In this document: positions 13,799 to 25,092 of the stretch, one piece after another
How the letters are laid out: every line of letters begins with the position of its first letter
Position numbering within the stretch: position 1 is the first letter of the stretch
Source: Cyanophyceae cyanobacterium
Lineage (GTDB): Bacteria; Cyanobacteriota; Cyanobacteriia; Cyanobacteriales; Laspinemataceae
Assembly: GCA_038321985.1 (NCBI GenBank)
Contig: JBBQFN010000017.1
Span: 47,681-111,680 of the forward strand
Reading direction: 5' to 3'
DNA: 64,000 nt
Notes under the pieces: generated by a model
The model's database searches: none
Told to the model about the DNA's origin: nothing
Seen by the model: the letters and a program-made list of their open reading frames with translations, nothing else
Translations under genes and position numbers: made by a program

Positions 13799-14215
13799 AA
13801 ATAGGAAAGTCCTAGGGACGTAAAAAGTTTTTTTCTCAGATCATTTTGAACAATACAACCGGGAGAAGCCACGAGTTCTCGTTAGGGCGGACTCCGTAGA
13901 GGATTAGGTGGGGTCTCCATCCAGAATTAAAGTGCAGGAAATGATACCCTAAATAGGGGCAGGGTCAGGATTCCCTGTTGCCCTCCCTCAAAGCCCTGGC
14001 TTTCAATCGGGTTAAGATTCATGACTGATTCAAGACTCCTGCTTCGTTGACCCCGACTGCACTCTAATTTCCATAGTATCTACAAAAATTTGGGCCAACC
14101 CAACAACAGGCTTCACTTGCGGCGGTAATCAATGGATTTTTAAGGGGTTTGAGGTGCTTTTTCAGCTTTTGATGACTTTTTTTGTAAATTTACGGCTATT
14201 TTTGGACCATTTGCG

Positions 14216-15967
14216 ATGCAACCTGTTGACTTAACGACCCTCATCGCTACCTATTGCGAGTTGCGAACCAGTTGGTTACCCGCACGACTCGAACAAGTTT
14301 ATCAGCGCGATCGCCATACCATTTTTTTAGCCCTACGAACCCTCACCGGGCGCGGATGGTTGGCGGTTTCCTGGCATCCCACCGCTGCCCGGTTGCATCT
14401 GAGTGACCCTCCTCCACGCAAGCCGGATACCTTCACCTTTAGCGACCAACTGCGCCATCAACTGGGGGGTTTAGCATTTGTGGCGATCGCCCCCGTCTCC
14501 CCTTGGGAACGCGCCCTTGACCTCCAATTTGCCAAACGTCCGGGAGATCCGGTACTCTGGCATTTATATATAGAAATCATGGGCAAACGCAGTAACGCCA
14601 TCCTCGCCAACGCTGACAACCAAATTGTCACGGCTGCCCATCAGGTGAGTGAAAAGCAATCTAGCATCCGCCCCATCCTCACCGGCGCACCCTACGCCCT
14701 TCCGCCGGCCCTAATGGACCCCATCCCCAGTCTCAGCGAAACCCAATCTCGCTGGCAAGAACGGATTGCCCTGATTCCTGACGCCTTGGGACGGCAAATG
14801 CTTAAAAGTTATCAGGGTCTGAGTTCCCATCTGGTGAAAGCGGCGATCGCCTCTGCCGGACTCGACTTTGAACAATCCACCCACAGTCTGAGCCCAGAGG
14901 ACTGGAACCGCCTCTTTGACTCCTGGCAACAGTGGCTAAAATTTCTCCAAACCTGTCAAACTGGCGATTTATCCGCAATTTATCCCCATTGGACTGATAC
15001 CGGATATCAAGTCATCAACTGGAATCACAACCCAGAACCTCCCGATTTCAAGTCTGTTCAAGACTTATTAAATCGCTACTATACGGACGAACTGAATCAG
15101 TTTGACTTTAAGCAACTGCGCCATCAACTCAGTCAAAAACTCGCTAATCTGCTGAATAAATTACGGTTCAAAGGACAGGGATTTGAAAACCGCTTGCAAG
15201 AATCTTCCGAAGCAGATGAATATCGGGCAAAAGCGGATTTATTGATGGCAAACCTCCAGGAGTGGCAACCGGGGATGAAGGCGATCGCCCTTCCCGACTT
15301 TGAAACCGGCAAACCCGTCACCATTCCCCTGGAGTTAGAAAAAAATGCCGTCCAAAATGCCCAATCCCTCTACAAACGCCACCAAAAACTCAAACGGGCG
15401 CGGGGTGCTGTAGAACCCTTACTCGCCGCAGTCCGCCAGGAAATCGACTACTTAGAACAAATCGAAGTCGCCATTTCCCAAATCGACGACTACCGCGAAC
15501 CAGCAGATTTACAAGCATTGGCTGAAATTCGCGAAGAGTTTATCCAGCAGGGATATCTCACCGACCCCGACTACAAGCGTCAAAACCAAGAATCTACCCC
15601 AGAGTTTTACCGCTTTGTCTCTCCCAGTGGCTTTGAACTGCTGATCGGGCGGAACAATCGCCAGAATGATGTGTTGAGTTTTCGGGTGGCGACGGATTAT
15701 GACTTGTGGTTCCACACCCAGGAAATTGCCGGGAGTCATGGGTTGTTGCGCTTACCCCCGGGTTCTGTTGCTGATGAACCGGATTTACAATTTGCAGCGG
15801 ACTTAACCGCTTACTATAGTCGCGCCCGTCACAGTGAGCAAGTCCCGGTGGTGTACACGGAACCGAAAAATGTTTATAAACCCAAGGGTGCAAAACCCGG
15901 AATGGTTATCTATAAACATGAGCGCATTATCTGGGGCTGTCCTCAGCATTTTACCCCTCCGGGTTAA
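14216..15967 (+). CDS. rqcH: NFACT/FbpA family ribosome quality control protein RqcH
   Basis: EIMGKRSN, NAQSLYK, GRNNRQND, WFHTQEIAGSH, KPKGAKPG. Confidence 0.9.
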   Translation: MQPVDLTTLIATYCELRTSWLPARLEQVYQRDRHTIFLALRTLTGRGWLAVSWHPTAARLHLSDPPPRKPDTFTFSDQLRHQLGGLAFVAIAPVSPWERALDLQFAKRPGDPVLWHLYIEIMGKRSNAILANADNQIVTAAHQVSEKQSSIRPILTGAPYALPPALMDPIPSLSETQSRWQERIALIPDALGRQMLKSYQGLSSHLVKAAIASAGLDFEQSTHSLSPEDWNRLFDSWQQWLKFLQTCQTGDLSAIYPHWTDTGYQVINWNHNPEPPDFKSVQDLLNRYYTDELNQFDFKQLRHQLSQKLANLLNKLRFKGQGFENRLQESSEADEYRAKADLLMANLQEWQPGMKAIALPDFETGKPVTIPLELEKNAVQNAQSLYKRHQKLKRARGAVEPLLAAVRQEIDYLEQIEVAISQIDDYREPADLQALAEIREEFIQQGYLTDPDYKRQNQESTPEFYRFVSPSGFELLIGRNNRQNDVLSFRVATDYDLWFHTQEIAGSHGLLRLPPGSVADEPDLQFAADLTAYYSRARHSEQVPVVYTEPKNVYKPKGAKPGMVIYKHERIIWGCPQHFTPPG

Positions 15968-16169
15968 TGTTTGATTATTGAAGTCAGTCGATTGAATAGA
16001 ATTTACTGACCTATAGGGGAATTTACGAAAGGAAGCGATCGTGTCTTCTGCTACAATACCGCTTGAGGAAAAGATTTAAGAATCCATCGCCCGCCGGTCT
16101 CACGGTTGGGAACGCGCAGTGAGGATTTCCTCGAAAAGAAACGACAACGCAAAGGGTATTTTTTATGGT

Positions 16170-16201
16170 GACCAGCAAGAATTCTTGCTGGTCTTTTTTT
16201 T
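16170..16201 (+). terminator. Intrinsic terminator
   Basis: GACCAGCAAGAATTCTTGCTGGTC palindrome followed by T8. Confidence 0.8.
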
Positions 16202-16921
16202 ATTTCTAGGCAGAAACCGGGTTTAGAGCCACCCACTTAGAGTCAGAAACCCGGGTGTCTTTCACAAATCTGTGCCAAGGTGATTGACAATTGCGCTTGT
16301 TCCGGATGATTACGGGGGGTAAACATATCCACCTTCCATTCCTGTTTGGCAAGGGCCAAGCCGACTTGGAGGACGTAAACGTTTTGGCCTCCAGGCTCTT
16401 CCTTACCGATTTCTGCGGCGGGTTGGTTTTATAAGATAGGCCTGCTTGCTCCGGTAATTAAACCGGATGATGCGAATCCTCCACTAAATTAGGCTGACTT
16501 ATTGGAACTGAACGTAATATAACCTATTCCTTCTGAAACGTTCCATACGCCGAAAAGTAGATTTTAATGGGACCCACAGCCCCCAAATACACCTATCTAA
16601 GGATATAATTTTTTGCCTATCTCAAGATAGAAATTAGGGGTCGGACGGGCAAAATGCTCTAGAGAGGGTTTCGGTACGGGGAATACTCCGGGGTCCCTGA
16701 GAGTTCGGGAAAGGGGGCCGATTGCGGAGGTGATCGAACGGTTGCAGGCGGGTGGAGAACGGTTTAATTATACAGGGGAGGTTGATAGCCCCTAAATACT
16801 GTAGCAACAATTCGAGCAACTTTATCCGGGGAGGATGCCCTGCAAATTGCGATCGCTCAAATTTGTGTAGAAGTCACGGGATATGATATATTAATTGATC
16901 GTGCTGAATTAATGGAAATCC

Positions 16922-17119
16922 ATGCCTAAACTGAAAACCCGAAAGGCTGCTGCCAAGCGCTTTCGAGCCACTGGCAGTGGTAAGATCAAGCGTCGGAAAG
17001 CCTACAAAAGCCACCTACTCGAACACAAATCTGCCGCTCGCAGAAATCGCTTGTCCAAGAGCGCCCTTGTTAGCGAGCAGGATGAAAAAAACGTGCATTT
17101 AATGATGCCGTATTTGTAA
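16922..17119 (+). CDS. rpmI: 50S ribosomal protein L35
   Basis: [14 protein letters not shown]. Confidence 0.98.
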   Translation: MPKLKTRKAAAKRFRATGSGKIKRRKAYKSHLLEHKSAARRNRLSKSALVSEQDEKNVHLMMPYL

Positions 17120-17287
17120 GAAGAGTAAAGTTTGATTTGTAGCGACAGAAGTCAAGGGAGTTCAGACCTACCCAGGTTTAGAATAAACTCTGACTTCTTA
17201 GCCCGGTAGCTAGAGTGGGAAAACCCCCTCTCAAATCGAGCGAGTTTCGCAGTGTTCAGATTTGTAAACTATCAAGGAAAGTAACCA

Positions 17288-17644
17288 ATGACACGGGTAA
17301 AACGCGGGAACGTTGCGCGCAAACGCCGCAATAAGATCCTGAAAATGGCGAAGGGATTTCGGGGTTCGCACTCGAAACTTTTCCGGACAGCTAATCAGCA
17401 GGTCATGAAAGCCCTGCGCAATTCCTACCGCGATCGCCGCAACCGTAAGCGGGACTTCCGCCGTCTGTGGATTGCCCGGATTAACGCAGCTTCCCGCCTA
17501 CATGGCATGAGCTACAGTCAGTTGATTGGCAATCTCAAGAAAGCCAATATTCAGCTCAATCGTAAAATGCTGTCTCAAATGGCAATTTTAGACCCGGCTA
17601 GTTTTGCCAAAGTTGTAGAACTGGCTTCTCAAGCCAGAGCATAA
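17288..17644 (+). CDS. rplT: 50S ribosomal protein L20
   Basis: [23 protein letters not shown]. Confidence 0.98.
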   Translation: MTRVKRGNVARKRRNKILKMAKGFRGSHSKLFRTANQQVMKALRNSYRDRRNRKRDFRRLWIARINAASRLHGMSYSQLIGNLKKANIQLNRKMLSQMAILDPASFAKVVELASQARA

Positions 17645-18475
17645 ATGATGATGCAGCCAGAAGGCAGAAGGATCAAGGGTTTTTTGCTTTTTGTTGCCTT
17701 TTGCCTTTGGCCTGGGGTCGGGGTTCTGGATGCTGCGGAATTAGAAGCGATTCAGCGGCGTGGTCAACTGATTGTGGCGGTGAAGGATAACCTACGCCCC
17801 ATGGGGTTTACAGAGGGTATTGGCACTCTGCAAGGATTTGAAATAGATATCGCGCGGCGATTAGCGGACGAGTTGCTGGGGAGTCCTGAAGCAGTGGAAC
17901 TTGTCCCGGTGGAGAATCGCGATCGCCTCGCGGTGGTCATGTCGGGTCAAGTTGATCTGGCGATCGCCCAAGTTACCGCAACTGAGTCGCGATCTCGAGT
18001 CGTTTATTTTAGCCTCCCCTACTACCTAGATGGGGCCAACATTATCACCCGAGACCCCTCAGTTCGTCAGCAGTCTGACCTACAGGGGAAAACTATTGCC
18101 GTCCTTAATTCCTCCAGTACGATTCCCATCCTGGAGTATCGGCTTCCACAAACCCAGTTAGTGCCTGTAGAGTCCTACCAACAAGCGCGGCTGCTTCTAG
18201 AATCCGGTTCGATCAGTGCCTTCGCTGCCGATGCCAGTATTTTGACGGGATGGGTGCAGCAATATCCCGAATACCGACTGCTGCCGGTTCAGTTGTCTAC
18301 CCAACCCCTAGCAGTGGTGATGCCGAAAGGATTGCAATATGCTGCACTGCACTCCAGAGTCAATCGGGCGATCGCCCAGTGGCATCAGGAAGGCTGGTTA
18401 CAAGAGCGAGCGCAATACTGGGGCTTACCCCTTGTGGAAGTCACAGACAGCCGCTACTGGAATGAGGGCCTTTAA
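17645..18475 (+). CDS. Amino-acid ABC transporter substrate-binding protein (SBP family 3)
   Basis: RGQLIVAVK, GFEIDIA, FSLPYY. Confidence 0.85.
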   Translation: MMMQPEGRRIKGFLLFVAFCLWPGVGVLDAAELEAIQRRGQLIVAVKDNLRPMGFTEGIGTLQGFEIDIARRLADELLGSPEAVELVPVENRDRLAVVMSGQVDLAIAQVTATESRSRVVYFSLPYYLDGANIITRDPSVRQQSDLQGKTIAVLNSSSTIPILEYRLPQTQLVPVESYQQARLLLESGSISAFAADASILTGWVQQYPEYRLLPVQLSTQPLAVVMPKGLQYAALHSRVNRAIAQWHQEGWLQERAQYWGLPLVEVTDSRYWNEGL

Positions 18476-18558
18476 ACTCATCACCAAGAACTCAAGATAA
18501 TCAAAATAATCCAGATAATCAAGATTGCAGGGCAGTTGAATCAGTTAATTGAAACGGC

Positions 18559-19092
18559 ATGGATACCTCTCTTCCGCTTATTTACCTCTCGATTTTGCTG
18601 GGATTACTGGGAGTTGCAGCTTTTGCTGTCGTACGTCAAGTGCTCAGAACTCGCCAGATTGAACTGAACCTTTCTCGGTTGCAACAGACCCTTTCCAAAG
18701 AAAAAGGAACTGCCGAAGACTATTATGAACTCGGTAGTATCTATTTGGATAAGCAACTTTATACCCAAGCACTCGTACAGTTCCAAAAAGCTTTAAAATG
18801 TAAAGCCCCCATTGATGAGGAAAGTAAAGCGCTCATCTACAACGCTTTGGGGTATAGCTATGCCGCCTTGGAGCAGTACGACTTAGGCATTCGTCAATAT
18901 AAAGAGGCATTAAAGCTCAATCCTGAGTATGTCATCGCCTGGAATAATTTTGCCTTTGCTTTAGATCGCAAAGGGTTAACCATGCAGGCATTGGAATCTT
19001 ACGAAAAAGTCATGGAACTGGACCCGAACCATAAAACGGCGCAAAAACGGGTCGATTCCCTTCGGAAGCGACTGCCAAGCCCGACGTCATAA
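18559..19092 (+). CDS. TPR protein, Ycf37-like PSI assembly factor
   Basis: N-terminal TM helix plus three TPR motifs (YYELG, YNALGY, WNNFA). Confidence 0.75.
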   Translation: MDTSLPLIYLSILLGLLGVAAFAVVRQVLRTRQIELNLSRLQQTLSKEKGTAEDYYELGSIYLDKQLYTQALVQFQKALKCKAPIDEESKALIYNALGYSYAALEQYDLGIRQYKEALKLNPEYVIAWNNFAFALDRKGLTMQALESYEKVMELDPNHKTAQKRVDSLRKRLPSPTS

Positions 19093-19410
19093 ACTGGGGT
19101 AAATCTACGATTAGACTGGAGAGGGGAACGATGCCTCTGTCCAGTCTCACGTGAATTTCGGGTTCCTCCCTTGGCATTCTTTGACGGGCCACCTTCCTAT
19201 TAACTAGAATTTTGATAGAGCCTTAACACCGCTTTGCTGATTCCTCTTTTCAAAGAGTCAGGAGGGGGAATATTTTTTTTATTAAAAAAACGATACTTTG
19301 GAAGGTGTCGTATAAAAATAGGGTACGTTATGATCTTAGGAAGCCCCATCTAAAAAAGTTTCCGTTAAGTGGAGACACTATTGAACCTCGTTCGGTTTGG
19401 AGAATCATTC

Positions 19411-19812
19411 ATGAGCAACGTACCATCCAACCATATACCCCTTTACCGAAATGCGCTCGAACCTCTAGTGCTTGAGGAATCACAACGGCAATTACAGAAA
19501 CTCCCGGCGAAAATGCTGGGGTCTCTCAAGCCAGCGCAAGTTTTAGCTCAGGTTGTAGCTTATGCACTTAATCGACTCCCGGCTTTGTATGCAACAAGCG
19601 ATCGCGGCTGGCAATTTCAACAACAACAAGCTCAAAAATTGAGGCCCCAAATTGTCATGGCAGTCCGTCAAGGATTTGCAGCAGTCCAACGGGATCCGCT
19701 CACCCCGGTTTGGAATGATGCTCCCGAACCGGAACCCGAAGCCACTAATACCAGTGAACGGCAAGCTCAAGCTAGACGCCGAATTGCGGCATACCGCTCC
19801 TTTAATGTTTAA
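19411..19812 (+). CDS. ComFB-domain protein
   Basis: YRNALEPLV, VAYALNRLPALYATS..GW, AVQRDPL. Confidence 0.8.
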   Translation: MSNVPSNHIPLYRNALEPLVLEESQRQLQKLPAKMLGSLKPAQVLAQVVAYALNRLPALYATSDRGWQFQQQQAQKLRPQIVMAVRQGFAAVQRDPLTPVWNDAPEPEPEATNTSERQAQARRRIAAYRSFNV

Positions 19813-20891
19813 AAACCAGGGCAAGTGCATCGAAAAGGGCTGAACTTTAACATCATAAAATTCCCCCAAAATCAGGAATAAAGGAAGAGTTTATTGGTTA
19901 AATAATAATAAAGAGATGGGGCAATTCAATTGAAGGGTATGGGGCGAGCGCCCAGACCGAGGTCTCGAAAAATTATCACCGATAATGACTACCAGCAGTT
20001 TATTCTTTTTATTTAATCCTTAAATACCCAAAATTTCGGAGGAATTTCTGGTGCTATAAATTGGGGTACATAACTCTAGCTAGAAATAGCTGAAAATCCC
20101 TAAATTATAAAAAAATTCCCCTCCCTAAATTTTCTGGAGCGGGGGGAATTTTTGTGATTTTGCCCGGGTTCTGGAATTAAGGCAACGCCCCTCTATAAAA
20201 GTCTTTTTTGGATGGAGAAAGGGCAGGCTGTCTCTAGCTTTAACCTGCCAAGTTGCCCTTGGATGTCGGTACAGTTCTACGGAATCCGGTATTCATAAAG
20301 TAATAAAGTTCTGTCTCTTCAAGGCTTTCAGCTTTTTATAGAAGACCTTTCGGTTCCGAATTCCGTATTACTGGATTGAAAAATTAAGGCAAATCAAGGT
20401 AACATCAGCCCAACCCTGTCCCCAGAATTATCCGCGCTGCTGATTTCCTCCAGCGCTTACTAGGAAAGGAATCGAGCTTAAGAAGGAGTAGAGATAAATC
20501 TGGAATTCTACCTAAGGGAAGAGGTTAAAAGAGAGAAGATAAGCCTAGCGTTGTGGTATTCTAAGAAAATAGGGAATCAAAACTTTGGGTTAGAAAGAAA
20601 TTTAATAACCCTTAAAATGTAAATAAACCCGTTGCTAGATTAGAATTTTTTCATCATTTGGACAAACCCCTTTTTTGTCACAGGTTCTTCGGGTTGGGGA
20701 ACCTTTCATCAACCATTATGGCGCATCTTGTCCGGGGTTCCTCTTCTTAGGGAACCCTATGATTGGAACAATGGATTTCTTTAGGAAAAGGGTAGGGGGG
20801 AGCAATGTTCAATTATGCCAGAAATTTAATTCAAACCCCGGTCAAATACCGGCAATGTAAGGTCAAACCCTAAGAAACAAAAGAAGCACTA

Positions 20892-23537
20892 ATGAAATGG
20901 GACCTAGGCTGGAAATCGGCTAGCTCACGCCGCACGTGGATTCCGTATTTCGTGCTGGTCGTGACGGTGCTGCTGACTGCCCTGGCCTCTTATACCGTTG
21001 ACCAGACCTCGAAATCTAAAGAGAAGTTGAGGTTCGAGAATGCAATCGAGCGGACCGTTGGCAGCATTGAAAAGCGGATTGAAACTTACGTGGATTTACT
21101 GCGTGCAGCCAGGGGATTATTTGCGGCGAACCAGACGGTAAGCCGGGAGCAATTCCATCAGTTCGTTTATAACCTGGAACTGCCAGAACGGTATCCCGGA
21201 ATCCAAGGCATTGGTTTCTCTGTGCAGGTCAATCCAGAAGAAACTGAGAGGATCCTGACTGAGATCAAAGCTCTAAATCCGAAGCGTGTAAGTATTATCC
21301 CGACGTATCCTCGCCCTGAGTATCATGCCATTCTTTATCTCGAACCGCTTGATCAACGTAATCGAAAGGCGATCGGATACGATATGTTTACCGAGACGGT
21401 GCGTCGTGCGGCAATGGAACGGGCGAGGGATACAGGGCTAGCGGCAGCCTCAGGTCCGGTGACGTTGCTACAGGAGATTGACGAACACAAACAGGCGGGT
21501 TTCCTGATTTATCTGCCGGTGTATCGCCGTGGAGTGACGCCGCAGAGCGTTGGGGAACGCCGATCGCAATTGTTAGGCTTTATCTATAGTCCCTTTCGTG
21601 CGGACAATTTACTCACGGGGATTTTTGCTACGGAAAAATATCCCACGGTGGATTTTGAGATTTATGACGGAGGCCAGATTAATCCACAATATCTGTTGCA
21701 TTCCTCACACCACCGCCAACAGAAAAAGGGCCGATCGCATCGCCCTCAGTTTAGAGCCATGCGAACCTTAAATATCGGGGGACGAACCTGGACGATCGCC
21801 TTTGTCTCAACGCCAGAATTCGAGCAACTCTCGGGAAGAAACCTGGTATCGTACATTTTCGCTAGCGGACTGGCGATCGCCGGAATCTTATTTGTGGTAA
21901 CGAGAGCCCAAATCCAAGCGCGTCTTGCGGCCGAACAAGTGGCAATGGAACTAGGAGCCTCCAAAGCGGCTTTGAATGAAAGCGAATTTCGCCTACGTCG
22001 CCTCGTCGATGCCAATATTATCGGGATTATCATCCATGACACCCAAGGCAACATTGTCGAAGCCAATGATGCCTTTCTCAACCTGCTGGGATACTACCGT
22101 GATGCTCTCACCCAGGTGAATTGGTGGGACATTACCCCCCTAGAGTATCGCCCTGCTGATGAAGAGGCGATCGCTCAAATGAAAACCACAGGTTCTCATC
22201 CCCCCTTCGAGAAAGAATATATCCGGAAAGACGGGACCCGAGTTCCGGTACTTCAAGGCACTGCATATTTGGGAGGTACGGAGGAATTAGCCGTAAGTTT
22301 CGTGCTGGACTTGCGCGAGCAAAAACAAGCACAGCTTTCTCTGAAAAACTCCGAAACCCGCTTCCGGACTGTGATTGAGCAGTCCCCATTAAGTACCCAA
22401 ATCCTCTCACCCCAGGGTCAGACACTCCAGGTTAACCGCGCCTGGGAACAACTGTGGGGCATTACCTTAGAAGAATTGGGAGATTATAATATGCTCCACG
22501 ATCAGCAACTGGTCGAAAAAGGCATAATGCCTTATATCAAAAAAGCCTTTGCCGGAGAATACGTGGCGATTCCATCCATCCGGTATGAACTTTACAAAAC
22601 CTTACCGGATAAAGTTTTAGACCGCACTCGGGAGACCTGGGTTCAAGCTTATATGTATCCCGTTAAAGATCCCGAAGGCAATATTTGCCAACTGGTGATC
22701 ATCCACGAAGATATCTCGGAGCGCAAGAATTTAGAAGCGCAACTGGCAGCGCGTGCGGAACAACTGGCTCAAGCGAATCGGATTAAAGATGAATTCCTGG
22801 CGACCCTTTCTCACGAATTGCGAACTCCTTTGAATTCCATGTTGGGGTGGAGTCAGCTTTTACAGATGCGGAAATTAGACCCAAATACCACAGGACGAGC
22901 CCTAGAAAGCATAGAGCGCAATACCAAGGCCCTGACTCAATTGATTGAGGATTTGTTGGATGTCTCACGAATGATGACGGGTCAGTTTCGGATGCAACTG
23001 CGTCCGGTAGAGCTTACGGAACCCGTGGAAAATGCGATCGCCTCGGTGCAGACGGCAGCACAAGCAAAAGAGATTTCAATTTTGTCGGCTTTCGATCCCA
23101 AAGTTACCGTCGTTTGGGGAGATCCGGCGCGCTTGCAACAAGTGGTGTGGAACCTGCTGTCCAATGCCATCAAGTTTACCCCGGCTGGGGGGCGAGTAGA
23201 GGTGATTTTAAAAGGCGATCGCACCCAGGCTCAAGTCATAATTCGGGACACCGGTTTGGGCATTTCACCGGAATTTTTACCCTATCTGTTTGAACGATTT
23301 CGCCAAGCTGATAGTGCGATTACCCGAGCGCATGGGGGTCTGGGAATGGGTTTGGCGATCGTGCGTCATTTAGTCGAACTCCACGGCGGCACGCTCTCGG
23401 CAGAGAGTCCAGGACTGGGACAGGGTGCGACCTTTATCGTTACCCTCCCTAAAGGCAAAAGCGAGATCGAGCCTTCCAGTTTCTTGGGGGAGGCTGTATC
23501 CGGGGAGAATTTCCGGACTCCAGGGGGCCTTGTCTGA
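20892..23537 (+). CDS. CHASE-PAS-PAS sensor histidine kinase
   Basis: CHASE (YLEPLDQRN..AIGYDM), two PAS domains, H-box LSHELRTPL, NAIKFT, GGLGMGL. Confidence 0.93.
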   Translation: MKWDLGWKSASSRRTWIPYFVLVVTVLLTALASYTVDQTSKSKEKLRFENAIERTVGSIEKRIETYVDLLRAARGLFAANQTVSREQFHQFVYNLELPERYPGIQGIGFSVQVNPEETERILTEIKALNPKRVSIIPTYPRPEYHAILYLEPLDQRNRKAIGYDMFTETVRRAAMERARDTGLAAASGPVTLLQEIDEHKQAGFLIYLPVYRRGVTPQSVGERRSQLLGFIYSPFRADNLLTGIFATEKYPTVDFEIYDGGQINPQYLLHSSHHRQQKKGRSHRPQFRAMRTLNIGGRTWTIAFVSTPEFEQLSGRNLVSYIFASGLAIAGILFVVTRAQIQARLAAEQVAMELGASKAALNESEFRLRRLVDANIIGIIIHDTQGNIVEANDAFLNLLGYYRDALTQVNWWDITPLEYRPADEEAIAQMKTTGSHPPFEKEYIRKDGTRVPVLQGTAYLGGTEELAVSFVLDLREQKQAQLSLKNSETRFRTVIEQSPLSTQILSPQGQTLQVNRAWEQLWGITLEELGDYNMLHDQQLVEKGIMPYIKKAFAGEYVAIPSIRYELYKTLPDKVLDRTRETWVQAYMYPVKDPEGNICQLVIIHEDISERKNLEAQLAARAEQLAQANRIKDEFLATLSHELRTPLNSMLGWSQLLQMRKLDPNTTGRALESIERNTKALTQLIEDLLDVSRMMTGQFRMQLRPVELTEPVENAIASVQTAAQAKEISILSAFDPKVTVVWGDPARLQQVVWNLLSNAIKFTPAGGRVEVILKGDRTQAQVIIRDTGLGISPEFLPYLFERFRQADSAITRAHGGLGMGLAIVRHLVELHGGTLSAESPGLGQGATFIVTLPKGKSEIEPSSFLGEAVSGENFRTPGGLV

Positions 23538-23662
23538 AAAACTGCCGTCCTTAGGAATATCAGGGTTCCCACCGTTGTGATGTACATTTTTGGGGAGCGA
23601 GGAAGGCGTTGGCGTTGGCACGGTTAATCGGGTGTCGGTATCCCATGAGTTGGGGAAACCTT

Positions 23663-23769
23663 ATATAGCAGTTTCCGGACTCATGAGGTACTTTTCAAAG
23701 CCCCTCTCCCGTTCTGGGAGAGGGGTTTGGGGTGAGGGCTGTACCTTATGCAGATGAGAAACGCTATAT
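23663..23769. mobile_element. Small MITE-like element
   Basis: Imperfect ~29-bp terminal inverted repeats ATATAGC...AGGTAC / GTACCT...GCTATAT around a CCCCTCTCCC-GTTCT-GGGAGAGGGG hairpin. Confidence 0.6.
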
Positions 23770-23786
23770 CTGTCTCTTGTGCGGGT

Positions 23787-25040
23787 TTAACGCAAGAGCA
23801 GAATCGCCGTTTGCAACAACCCAATCACGATTCCTAAGATTCCGCCTAAATTGACGATCGCCTGCAATTCACTTTGAACAATGCCTTGAATTGCGCTTTC
23901 GAGTTCTTCAGCTGACGTATTCCGCACCCGTTCGACAATCACGCGATCAATATTCATAATTGGAATCGCTTTGGCAACTAGAGCTTCTAAATCTCGTTCT
24001 AAATAGCGCTCTAAAATTAAGGCTAATTCTTTGCTGACTAATCCTAACGAGGCATTAACAACCGAAGACGCTTGAAGACGCTTGAGAATTAACGTTGCCA
24101 CATTTTCCCAGTTCACCGAATGAGTTAACCCCTGAATTAATTCTCCCCCGCGAGTTTGGACATAAGTCCGAATACTTTCTTTCAGGGTTTTTCTCAGTTG
24201 ACGCACTGTAGAGACGGGTAAATTTTGCAAGGAAAGATTATGCAGCCATTCCTGCAAGCGCGATCGCACCCCCAAAGTGGTGATTAATTCAGCAATCCGA
24301 GCATTGGCGTCTTCCTTCTCATCCAGGCAAAAGGTCCGCAGGCGAGTTAGAGTATTCCGCAATCCCAATAAATTGGCAACCACCCAGTAGGTCCCGCTAG
24401 TTTTTTCTCGAAACCCCTCATCGATCGCCGTAATATTGCGATCGGTCAAAAAATCCACCAAGGTTTGGCGAACCACCTCTGGAGGCAGGACGGCACTCAG
24501 TAGCCAGTCGGACAGTTGCTGCGCTTGATTTTCAGTCAGTTGAAACTCCAGCAACAGGAGGTCAAAAATTTGGTTAATCTGGGGTTCGAGGAAATCAGAC
24601 TGTCTAGCTAAGACCCGAATCATGCGCGGGAACGATTCTCCCAGCAAATCGCGCAGGATCCCGGAGAGGATTTTAGCAGTTTTCTGCTCCGTATCGGATT
24701 TGAGTTGAGTGAGTGCCAGTTCCAGTAACCAAAGAATAGCCTCCTGGATCCGCTCCGTTTGCAGCAACCGTTGCGCCAACTTTTGCAACTCCGTTGGCGT
24801 CAGCAGGGATCCCATAATTGTATCGGCAATCCGTTCGGCTAATCGTTCTTGGTTGCGGGGAATCAAACCTGGGGTAAACGGAACCCGTCGTCCCTTGAGA
24901 GAATAGGCACGGTAGGGACGAAATAGCATTTTGATGGCTAAATCATTCGTGAAATAACCAATAACTCCACCGGCGATCGGTGGTAACAAGTAAGGCCAAA
25001 GAGTCAACAAATCCATTCGCTGTGAGCGTTTGTTCGTCAA
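23787..25040 (-). CDS. DUF445 family membrane protein
   Basis: [38 protein letters not shown]; true start probably slightly downstream. Confidence 0.88.
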   Translation of the reverse strand: MTNKRSQRMDLLTLWPYLLPPIAGGVIGYFTNDLAIKMLFRPYRAYSLKGRRVPFTPGLIPRNQERLAERIADTIMGSLLTPTELQKLAQRLLQTERIQEAILWLLELALTQLKSDTEQKTAKILSGILRDLLGESFPRMIRVLARQSDFLEPQINQIFDLLLLEFQLTENQAQQLSDWLLSAVLPPEVVRQTLVDFLTDRNITAIDEGFREKTSGTYWVVANLLGLRNTLTRLRTFCLDEKEDANARIAELITTLGVRSRLQEWLHNLSLQNLPVSTVRQLRKTLKESIRTYVQTRGGELIQGLTHSVNWENVATLILKRLQASSVVNASLGLVSKELALILERYLERDLEALVAKAIPIMNIDRVIVERVRNTSAEELESAIQGIVQSELQAIVNLGGILGIVIGLLQTAILLLR

Positions 25041-25092
25041 GCATTGCGGGTTAACGGTTAATGCTGAACGCTTAACTTTTAATCCTCAAGGC

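Noticed and set aside
16679..16687. GGGAATACT as a SigJ-type promoter element
   Set aside because: Single short match with no plausible target gene other than distant rpmI
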